Positions 53,944 to 64,000 of a DNA stretch of 64,000 nt are shown here, piece after piece (position 1 is the stretch's first letter; each line of letters begins with the position of its first letter). The notes under the pieces were generated by a model. That model worked only from the letters and a program-made list of their open reading frames with translations. It was not told the origin of the DNA and made no database searches. The translations under genes were made by a program, and so were the position numbers. Source of the DNA: Eledone cirrhosa (taxonomy: Eukaryota); the NCBI GenBank assembly GCA_964016885.1, contig OZ024741.1, positions 336,846,001-336,910,000 of the forward strand, given 5' to 3'.

Positions 53944-54364
53944 CCCTCTTCCTGCTATTTCAAGCGTTAACCTAATATGTTCCTTTCACACACTGTACCG
54001 ATTGTGTTGTTAGTTCTGTTTACTGTTTACATACATACATATTATGCTAAATTCCAAAACCTTTATTGGGATTTAACATTACTTTGACTCAATAGGAAAT
54101 ATAAGGATACTTCATAGGAATATCTTGATTCGCCGGATCCCAGTAAAGAGACAAAATGGCAGACAGGGAAAGATAGATAGGCAGGCAGACAGAAAGAAAG
54201 AGAAGCAGGTTACAGTGAGAGAGAGAGAGAGAGAGAGACTGATATGCAGAGACACAAGCAGAAAGAGAAGTGAGTGGGGAGACAGAGAAATCAACAAAGA
54301 TACAGAGAGAAAGAGAGAGAAATATATGAAAGTCTGTGAAATGAGTGAAAGCTACCACAAAGTT

Positions 54365-55780
54365 TGAAACACTGTGTTTGTGTGTGTGTTTTTCACTGTA
54401 TCTCATACAATTTGCGACAGTGTGTTTGTGTGTGTGTTTTTCACTGTGTCTCATACAATTTGAGACAGTGTGTGTGTGTGTGTGTTTTCACTGTATCTCA
54501 TACAATTTGAGACAGTGTGTTTGTGTGTGTGTTTTTCACTGTATCTCATACAATTTGAGACAGTGTGTTTGTGTGTGTGTTTTTCACTGTATCTCATACA
54601 ATTTGAGACAGTGTGTTTGTGTGTGTATTTTTCACTGTATCTCATACAATTTGAGACAGTGTGTGTGTGTGTGTATTTTTCACTGTATCTCATACAATTT
54701 GAGACAGTGTGTGTGTGTGTGTGTTTTCACTGTGTCTCATACAATTTGAGACAGTGTGTGTGTGTGTGTGTGTTTTCACTGTATCTCATACAATTTGAGA
54801 CAGTGTGTTTGTGTGTGTGTTTTTCACTGTGTCTCATACAATTTGAGACAGTGTGTTTGTGTGTGTGTTTTTCACTGTGTCTCATACAATTTGAGACAGT
54901 GTGTTTGTGTGTGTGTTTTTCACTGTATCTCATACAATTTGAGACAGTGTGTTTGTGTGTGTGTTTTTCACTGTGTCTCATACAATTTGAGACAGTGTGT
55001 TTGTGTGTGTGTTTTCACTGTGTCTCATACAATTTGCGACAGTGTGTTTGTGTGTGTGTTTTTCACTGTATCTCATACAATTTGAGACAGTGTGTTTGTG
55101 TGTGTGTTTTTCACTGTGTCTCATACAATTTGAGACAGTGTGTTTGTGTGTGTGTTTTTCACTGTGTCTCATACAATTTGAGACAGTGTGTTTGTGTGTG
55201 TGTTTTCACTGTGTCTCATACAATTTGAGACAGTGTGTTTGTGTGTGTGTTTTCACTGTGTCTCATACAATTTGCGACAGTGTGTGTGTGTGTGTGTGTT
55301 TTTTTCACTGTATCTCATACAATTTGAGACAGTGTGTTTGTGTGTGTGTTTTCACTGTGTCTCATACAATTTGAGACAGTGTGTTTGTGTGTGTGTTTTT
55401 CACTGTGTCTCATACAATTTGAGACAGTGTGTTTGTGTGTGTGTTTTTCACTGTGTCTCATACAATTTGAGACAGTGTGTTTGTGTGTGTGTTTTTCCCT
55501 GTATCTCATACAATTTGAGACAGTGTGTTTGTGTGTGTGTTTTCACTGTATCTCATACAATTTGAGACAGTGTGTTTGTGTGTGTGTTTTTCACTGTATC
55601 TCATACAATTTGAGACAGTGTGTTTGTGTGTGTGTTTTTCACTGTATCTCATACAATTTGAGACAGTGTGTTTGTGTGTGTGTTTTTCACTGTGTTTCAT
55701 ACAATTTGAGACAGTGTGTTTGTGTGTGTGTTTTTCACTGTGTCTCATACAATTTGAGACAGTGTGTTTGTGTGTGTTTC
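54365..55780. repeat. Minisatellite, about 48-bp unit, about 29-30 copies
   Basis: Unit tttcactgt(a/g)tctcatacaatttgagacagtgtgtttgtgtgtgtgtt. Confidence 0.95.
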
Positions 55781-55981
55781 AATGTTTTACCAATCAATAG
55801 GTACAGACATGACTACATGGTTAAAGGGTTTGATTTGTAACCACATGGTTGTGTGTTCAATCTCTCTGTGTAGCAGCTTGATTAAATGTCCTTAACTAAA
55901 GCCCCAGTTTCAACAGTAATTTGAATTTGTTAGATAGAATGTACCTTTGTATGCTGTCTACCCACCTCTCTCTCTCTCTCG

Positions 55982-57562
55982 ATCATCATCATCATCATCA
56001 TCATCATCGTTTAACGTCCATATTCCACGCTTGCATGGGTTTGGACGGGAGTTTTCCCACTTGAAGCAAGAGTGGTTGTCTTGCTCGCATAGGACTGTCT
56101 GGCGGGTTTTCTACGGCTGGATGCCCTTCCTAACACCAACCACGTTTACAGTGTGGAACTGGGAGGTTTTTACCGTGTTACCTACACGGCCACATTACAG
56201 CGTGGACTGTGTGTTTTTTTGTCGTGACACCTACACAACCTCATTTGTTTCGGGCTGGATGTTGTGGTACCAACATAACTTTACATTGAAAGGGGTGGTG
56301 TGGATGGGGTGGGGGTAGTGTGATGGGGGTGTATTTTGTTAGAGGTGCCTACTGACTGTAGTAGGTTTCACTTTATACTTAGGTAAGGCGGGTCTTCTCT
56401 ATTACTGTGTAGCGCCAAAGATCTCGGTCCAGTGACATTGTCTTGGAGAGGTGTAAGTGTGTGAGGTCGGAATTTATCAAGTCGTCCCAGGTTTTTCTGG
56501 GTCTGCCTACTCCGTTGCTACCGTCTATTTTTATTGCCCTGCACTTTTTTATACAGCTGTCGTCTTTCATGCGCATCACGTGACCATACCAACGTAGCCT
56601 TCTCTCAAGTAAACAACATCTGATCCCTTTTATTTCTAATTTTTCCCTTAGTTCGTTTATGCTTTGCCATTCACGTATATTACTATTACACATCCAGCAG
56701 AGCATGCAAGCTTTGTTCCTCTCCAGTCTGCGTATATCCTCTGCACACAATGCCCAGGTCTCACTGCCATGCAACATTGCTGTTCGTATGCAGGCATCAT
56801 ACAGCCTGCCTTTCATTTTTAGGGAGAACCCTTTAGCGGCTAATAGTGGTATCAGCTCTCTGAACTTTTTACATCCAGTTCTGACTCTAGCTACTGTACT
56901 TTCAGAGTACCCTCCCCCACTGCTGATTTTGTCACCCAGGTAACGGAAGCTGTCCACTATTTATATAGAACCATCTGTGCAATGGAATGAGCTAGTATTT
57001 TGTGTCACTTGCTGCTACTTATTGCACCAGAGCACCGGCCACATATAAAATCTATGTTCTTAGTTAGCTTACCTGTGATCCCACTACATCTTTTATGCAC
57101 CCATACTTTGCATTTGGGACATAAAATGGAGTTTCTACCTACTCCTTTCCTACACACTGAGCATGGCCATTTCCCGGATGGGACCGGCGCCCTATTTTCC
57201 TTCCTACAAACTAGAACTTTAGTCTTAGACAGGTTAATTTTAAGGCCTTTTGATTCTAGGCCATGCTTCCATGTTTGGAATTTCTTCTCTAGTTCGGCCA
57301 TTGATTCAGCTATGAGCGTTAGATCATCTGCGTATAGGAGTTCCCATGGGCAGCCGGTCTTGAACTCCACTGTTATAGCCTGAAGGGCAATAATAAATAG
57401 TAGGGGGCTAAGAACGGAGCCCTGATGAACACCAACTTTTACGCTAAACTCTTCACTATATTCGTTGTTAATTCTACCCTTGCTGACTGTTTCTTTATAC
57501 ATGGCTTGTATAGCTCTCACAAGTCATTCATCAACACCTAGTTTTCTAAGAGCCCACCAGAT
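55982..57562 (-). mobile_element. 5'-truncated RTE-A LINE
   Basis: QGSVLSP, YADD, complete PHD finger, C-terminus, 3' UTR and (GAT)n; one frameshift near 57000. Confidence 0.93.
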
Positions 57563-57777
57563 ATAAATAAAAACTTAGAAAATGGGTTAAAATACCCCCA
57601 GAATTAAAAAAGCACTTTTTTCTGTTAATCGGGGTATTCTACTCAATTTTCTAAGCTATTATTTATAGTGATCAAATGTTATATATATTTTCTGCGTTTG
57701 GGATTCCCACATTTTCATATATATCTATCTATATATATATATAGTAATATTTATGTACTTTTATATATATATATGTG

Positions 57778-57905
57778 TTGCCCAAGGACATAACGCATCA
57801 CCTGGTCTGTATACATATTTATGTACTTTTATATATATATATATATATATATAAAAGTACATAAATATGTATACAGACCAGGTGATGCGTTATGTCCTTG
57901 GGCAA
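57778..57905. repeat. Perfect palindrome centred on (AT)n that duplicates a SINE CORE-like segment
   Basis: ttgcccaaggacataacgcatcacctggtctgtatac... and its exact reverse complement. Confidence 0.88.
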
Positions 57906-58474
57906 GACACTTTATTTCACGTTGCTCCTTCTACCTTGAGTTGCGATCGATAGATAGAATTAGCAATTGGAAAGACCAATGGAAACATTGTTTCCTTGGT
58001 CTGATTTGATGAAACTTGATCGACTCCTTCATACATATATATATATGTATATGTGTGTGTATAGGCACCATTGTTTCCTGTGTCATACTTATGTATGTGT
58101 GCTATTTTTGCTATGTGTATAATATGTATATATATATAATTATATATGTTTATATATACACACATATGTTCATAAGATATGGTCATCATCAGCATATCTA
58201 TATTCCATGCTTGCATGGGTTAGATAGGTTGTAACGTTTTGTAGCTAGACTAGTCACATCACCATATCTTATAAATATATGTGTGTATGTGTAATTATAC
58301 AGTGTACCCTCGGAATTCACATTCCTGGTTATTCGCAGAATTTTCCTTAGAACCTGACTAATAATTGTTTGTGGAAACCACCGCTTATTTGTAGAATTGT
58401 AAATATCTTTCATGATTTTTTAATGTTCTTTTTGTGGCAATGTATATTTTTTGACGTTAAATTATTAATAGTAA

Positions 58475-60700
58475 CTAGCAGAAGAACCGCCCTTTGGGCG
58501 GTGTTCCGTTAGCATATATAATGTGTATATTGATCATCATCATCATCAGGTTTAGCGTCCGTGTTCCACGCTTGCATGGGTTTGGACGGGGGTTTTCCCA
58601 CTTGAGGCAAGAGTGGTTGTCTTGCTCGCATAGGACTGTCTGGCGGGTTTTCTACAGTTGGATGCCCTTCCTAACACCAACCACATTTACAGTGTGGGGC
58701 TGGGAGGTTTTTACCGTGTTGCCTACACGGCCACATTACAGCGTGGACTGTCTGGCGGGTTTTCTACAGCTGGATGCCCTTCCTAACACCAACCACATTT
58801 ACAGTGTGGGGCTGGGAGGTTTTTACCGTGTTGCCTACACGGCCACATTTACAGCGTGGACTGTGTGTTTTTTTGTCGTGACACCTACACGATCTCATTT
58901 GTTTCGGCCTGGATGTTGTGGGACCAACATAACTGTACATTGAAAGGGGCGGTGTGGATGGGGTGGAGGTGGTGGGACGGGGGGGTGTTTTGATAGAGAT
59001 GCCTACTGACTGTAGTAGGTTTTTACTTTGTATTTAGGTAAGGCGGGTCTTCTCTATTACTGAGTACCGCCAAAGGTCTCGGTCCAGTGACATTGTCTTG
59101 GAGAGGTGTAAGCGTGTGAGGTCGGAATTTATCAGCTCGTCCCATGTTTTTCTGGGTCTGCCTACTCCGTGGCTACCGTCTATCTTTATTGCCCTGCACT
59201 TTGTTATACAGTTGTCGTCTTTCATGCGCATCACGTGACCGTACCAACGTAGCCTTCTCTCGAGTAAACAACATCTGATCCCTCTTATTTCTAATTTTTT
59301 CCTTAGTTCGCAAATATATATGCACATAGAGATAATACGTAAATTAACAATATGCACATAAACTGAACAAAGACTGTGTTACACTTACTTCTGTAATCAG
59401 TAAAGTAATCCATGATGCATTTTAAAAAAAAGGGATAATGGAGATGGAAAAGCAATGAAACTTTTGACGGAAAATGTTCATGAATCTTCACTTGAGAATG
59501 TCGCTGGGAAGCTTCTAGCAGTGAATTTGAAAATAGATGCTGCTGGTATGAATGAATGAATTACATTTACTTTTATGAAGAGTTGACCTTCGCTATATTG
59601 TTGTTTTACTGTATTCACATATAGACTTCTTAAGTTTTTGTAGTGTCTCTTTTCTAGTAGTTAAAAAGAAATTGAAATGCATTTCAACTAAAAGAGTGAT
59701 AGCTGTTTCACATCACTGTAGAATTTCTTTGTAGACACAGTTGTCAGCAAACAGACCCCTTTCATTTAATATTTTTATATTTTCTTTTTTTGTAACTCGT
59801 GATACATCTGACCATGTGAGAAGAATTGTGTTGGTAGATATACACCTATCTTTTCAAATGTCTGCCCTTGTGCCTTGTTGCATGTAAGGGCAAAGGCTGG
59901 TTTGACAGGAAATTGCTTGCGAGTAAAGGTGAAAGGGAACTCAAGTTCTTGAGATACATGTGGTATCCTTGGGATTAGCATCCTTGTTCCAGCATTGGGA
60001 TCCAATGCCACTTCAGCTTCAATTACATGATTATGTAAACTGATGATGATGTAGCGCAATGCCCGTATAGAGGATCCAAATTTCTCAGAAGCATGATGCA
60101 ACTGCCTTTCTTCAGTTTAAGTATATGTGTTGGGAAGCCTGATGGGATAAGTTTGTTGATGAACTCAATTGGATATTGTAGTTCATTATCAGAGCTTCTA
60201 TAGATTATTTCTTGACCAGGGAACTTGTTGACTCTGAACTCATTCACCAATCTTGCTGCATCATTTGTTGGAGTGATAATGGCTCTATTTGCAAGCCATA
60301 GTGGGTTTGTGTAGTTTCCTGGAAATTTGTATACACAAAATCACACACTCCAGACACATTACCATATTCCAGACAAAGTTGATTTGGCAGAAGAATTGTG
60401 AATGCACCTACAGTTGGAACAGTTGGAATGTTACCATTTCCCACATCAAGAAGGTAGTTTGCAAACTGTCTTTCATCAGAATCCTCTGCATTAATGAACC
60501 GTCGATTGGTTGTCATCTCCATAGTTTCCACATAGTCCCAGAGATAGGATCTCTTGATGGTTGCCTCAACTATTTGTGGTTTAGCACCATGACGTACAAC
60601 TGGAAGAATTTGCTTCCAGTCACCAGATAGTAATATTGTTAGACCACCAAATGTTTTTTTGCAATCTCAAATATTATCCTTTGCTTATTTCCACATCTTC
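58475..60700 (-). mobile_element. Degenerate Helitron 3' part with PIF1-family helicase pseudogene
   Basis: GDWKQILPVV, MLLRNLD, IPRIP and RKQFPVKPAFALTCNKAQGQT..SHGQ in shifting frames (59775-60700). 3' hairpin accgccc-aaa-gggcggt then CTAG|T at 58475. Confidence 0.85.
58533..59310 (-). mobile_element. 5'-truncated RTE-A inserted in the Helitron, with an about 113-bp duplication in its 3' UTR
   Basis: RLRWYGHVMRM...KTRLT*; repeated block at about 58633-58860. Confidence 0.9.
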
Positions 60701-60999
60701 ACATACATACACACAGCCACATATACAGATAACCAGACTATTTTCTCTACCTACATATCTACGTATTGATCTATCGACCTATCTATCTACCTGCCAACCT
60801 ATCTGTCTATCTACCTCTCTCTCTCTCACACACACAAATATATCTATTCTAGAGAGTATGTCCGTTAGATGTATAATTGCATTTAAAGAATTACGAAGAA
60901 TTTGCAAGTTACTTCATCCGGGGAGGATTAATAATAGCTTCACTAACCTCGGAAGATGATTTGTGTGTGGTATGTATGTGTGTCAATATATATATATAT

Positions 61000-61315
61000 T
61001 GGCACATGTGCAGTATGGATCGGACTTCGCGCATGCACAGTACTGATCAATTCTTTGCACATGCACAGTACGGACCAGCCTTTGTGCATGTGCAGTATGG
61101 ACCAGCCTTTGTGCATGTGTAGTACGGACCAGACTTTGTGCATGTGCAATTTGGACCAGCCTTCGCACATGTGCACTTCGGACCAGCCTTCGTGAGTGCA
61201 CACTTTGGACCAGCTTTCACGCGTGCGCACTCCGGACCAGCCTTCGCACATGCGCACTCTGGACCAGCCTTCGGCATGCGCACTCCTGACCACCCTTCAT
61301 GCATGCGTACTTCGG
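61000..61315. repeat. 27-bp GC-rich minisatellite, about 11 copies
   Basis: Unit ggaccagcctt(c/t)g(c/t)gcatg(c/t)gcagtac, flanked on both sides by cggaaga(t/c)gatttgtgt. Confidence 0.88.
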
Positions 61316-61460
61316 AAGACGATTTGTGTATGTTGTGGTATGCATGTGTGTGTGTATATATATAAATATATGTATATGTGTGTGTGTGCCTGCATCAGAC
61401 ATAATTTATATGCTATTACATTTATACATATCTAATCAATAGGCATACAACAGTACCTAA

Positions 61461-61756
61461 TCTATATATCTAAAACAGAGAATGTATGTCTGTCTGGCTC
61501 CCTAAAACTCAAGAACCACCCAACCGATTGTTTTCAAACTTTACACATGTAATACTTATGGTCTTGTGAGTGTTTTGAGAAAAAGATATTTCAAATTTTC
61601 AATGCTCTAGGGACCGCATTAGGCGATTTAGCGATCACTATAATTCTTAGTCTTTCTTTTTAGATAGATACATAGATATAACGTTACGCCCTTATAATAT
61701 CTGCCTGTATGTCTGGCTATCTGCATTACGACCTTATGACGCTATATGTGTGTGTG

Positions 61757-61795
<39 letters not shown>

Positions 61796-62106
61796 TGTGT
61801 ATATATATATATATAGTGTGTAACGTTTTTCAAAATATTTACTTCTGTGTTCACAGATTGATGTTTTTAGTTTCGGAAGATCCCCTTAAGGGTGAAAGCA
61901 GCGATTGTTTGCTTAAACTTTAATCTGTTATTTTAATATATATATATATATATTTATTTATATATTCGTGTACAGATATTTTTGCATACACAATAACAAA
62001 ATATAAACAAACGTATTTATTTCACGAGGCTGGATAAGGATAAATATACATCAAATGTATAAGAAACCTAGAGCAAATTCCGAGCAACGCCGGGCCATTC
62101 TGCTAG
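61461..62106 (+). mobile_element. Non-autonomous Helitron related to 37089-38359
   Basis: A|TCTATATATCTAAAA start; ccgagcaacgccggg...CTAG|T end. Confidence 0.82.
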
Positions 62107-62545
62107 TCTAAACTATAATAAAGTAAGAAGTGCGGGACTGCGTACGGTTTATAATTTTTTATGCCCTTAGTAAAATAAGTTGGATTACTTTGAATAAGTA
62201 ATGAATGAATATTACATAATTTATCTACTAACTTTCGTGGCTGTTCATTAAACATATTTTATTACTTATTTAAAGATTCACTTCTTTAAAGTTTTCAAAT
62301 GTTCAACACTTCCAGTTACCGATCGTTTAAATAAATATTCCTATATTTCTGTCACTAATCTAAACTATAATAAAGTAAGAAGCGGGGGACTGCATAAGGT
62401 TTATAATTTTTTATCCCATTAGTAAAATAAGTTGGATTACTTTGAATAAATAATGAATGAATATTACATAATTTATCTACTAACTTTCGTGGCTGTTCAT
62501 TAAATATATTTTATTATTTATTTAAAGATTCACTTCTTTAAAATT
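62107..62545 (+). repeat. Tandem 252-bp duplication beginning TCTAAACTATAATAAAG (Helitron-like 5' end)
   Basis: Copies start at 62107 and 62359; the second is truncated at (AT)n. Confidence 0.75.
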
Positions 62546-62643
62546 TTATATATATATAGTTGTGTATAATGGTAGCTATGGTGCTTCCGTAGGCGGTGTG
62601 CCAAAATTAGCACTCGATATTCAGCAGAGTAGAGTGTAGATAG

Positions 62644-62959
62644 TATAAAGAAAACGAAAAATCAGTGATGCATCTGGACTTAGTTTATTGCGTATTACAA
62701 ATGTTTCGCCGGCAGGTAGCTTGAGACATGGTCCTTGTATGGATCTAGCTGATTCTACTTCTGCGGGTTCTTTCAGACACGAGTGTTTCGTCTGGATAAA
62801 ATTTGCTCCAGACGAAACACCCATGTCTGAAAGAACCCGCAGAAGTAGAATCAGCTAGATCCATACAAGGACCATGTCTCGAGCTACCTGCCAGCGAAAC
62901 ATTTGTAACACGCAATAAACTAAGTCCAGATGCATCACTGATTTTTCATTTTCTTTATA
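62644..62959. repeat. Near-perfect inverted repeat, arms of about 153 bp and a 10-bp spacer, with a hammerhead-like motif in each arm
   Basis: Arms 62644-62796 and 62807-62959. Confidence 0.92.
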
Positions 62960-63053
<94 letters not shown>

Positions 63054-64000
63054 TGATAATCAAAAGATATTGCATTAGATAATTCAAGTGTATAATTATA
63101 TAAAACAAGAAATATCTTAAATACTTTTTTAAAAATTGATTAAGAAAGAAGACAAAATAATTTAATAACAACAAGAGGTTCACAAAACAGTTGTATATAA
63201 ACATTGAAGTGTTGAAATTAATCAAACTATGAAAACTGTATGTTTTTAACTTCATCTTTCTTTCACAATATTTCTAATATATAATAAATAAAGGATAACA
63301 TAATCAAATTAAGATATTGATCTTCAAAGAAATGTAGCTTAATGAGAAAAGAAAAATATATATATATAAAATGTTTTCAAAAACTGAGAAAGGCTCCATT
63401 AATCCTGACACAGCTCCTATAATTTGATCTAATCTGCCAGTGTAGTCTGCAAAGGATTTCACACAAAATGGTGAAGTTTTGAACCTCCGTCGGTTCTAAT
63501 GAGGAGTTTTTCAGTTGTTTGATCAATCAATTGAAACAGCCAACTCATAGAATGTAAAATAATCGTGATAATTATTCACTTTGTTCTACACAAGGGGTTT
63601 TCACCCTTTTTTACATAATTGCGGCACTTTCACATGGAAAAATTTTCCACCTCCCGCTTGTGTAGTAAATATTCAAAAGCATACCAAAAATATTTAATAA
63701 AAGTTTGTTACTGGTTTGTTATTCCTGATTTTATTTTTATTTTTCTATACAGGTTTTAGCATATCTCCTTTGAATATATTTTTCAGGTGGCATATGTTGA
63801 AATACCTTCTTAATACTCAAAATCCTATATCGTCCACCAAAATTTCCAATCTGCCACCCTTTTCTATTCAGTTGCTCATTCCCACCTAACAGTTTAAACT
63901 TGTCACTGGTGGGTAAGATTACCCAAGTTGGGAAACCCTGATTTACATCAACATGATGATATCATGAGGCATTACCACTTTGTTGTAGACCAACATAGTG

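Noticed and set aside
54365-55780. RSS-like CACAGTG + 12 bp + ACAAACACA on the minus strand
   Set aside because: The nonamer similarity arises from (CA)n; there is no RAG/Transib context.
59775-60700. Host PIF1 helicase gene
   Set aside because: Intronless, frameshifted and linked to a Helitron hairpin-CTAG end.
63735-63920. Possible downstream protocadherin exon (acceptors near 63752 and 63786, donor near 63913)
   Set aside because: Phase-0 reading stops within a few codons with no recognisable motif; unsupported without RNA data.

Overview
AT-rich, repeat-dense eukaryotic DNA, most likely from a coleoid cephalopod (Octopus-like). This is inferred from the protocadherin type, the SINE and RTE families and the abundant (AT)n tracts. 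The only host coding sequence I can support is one large protocadherin exon (16255-18686, +: signal peptide, 6 cadherin repeats, TM, start of the cytoplasmic tail). It has no in-frame ATG of its own, and its other exons are not identifiable here. The rest is mobile DNA: an apparently intact RTE-clade LINE (APE-RT with a PHD finger inside the RT, 48123-51242) preceded by a 5.6-kb higher-order tandem array, many truncated RTE copies, chimeric tRNA-derived SINEs with RTE tails, CR1, CRE-like, mariner and MITE remnants, Helitrons, and a Penelope-like GIY-YIG fragment. About ten hammerhead-ribozyme motifs were read by eye; three have intact cores and several sit in long inverted repeats. Most short ORFs in the supplied track are microsatellite or antisense artefacts. 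All family assignments come from motif recognition, not database searches.
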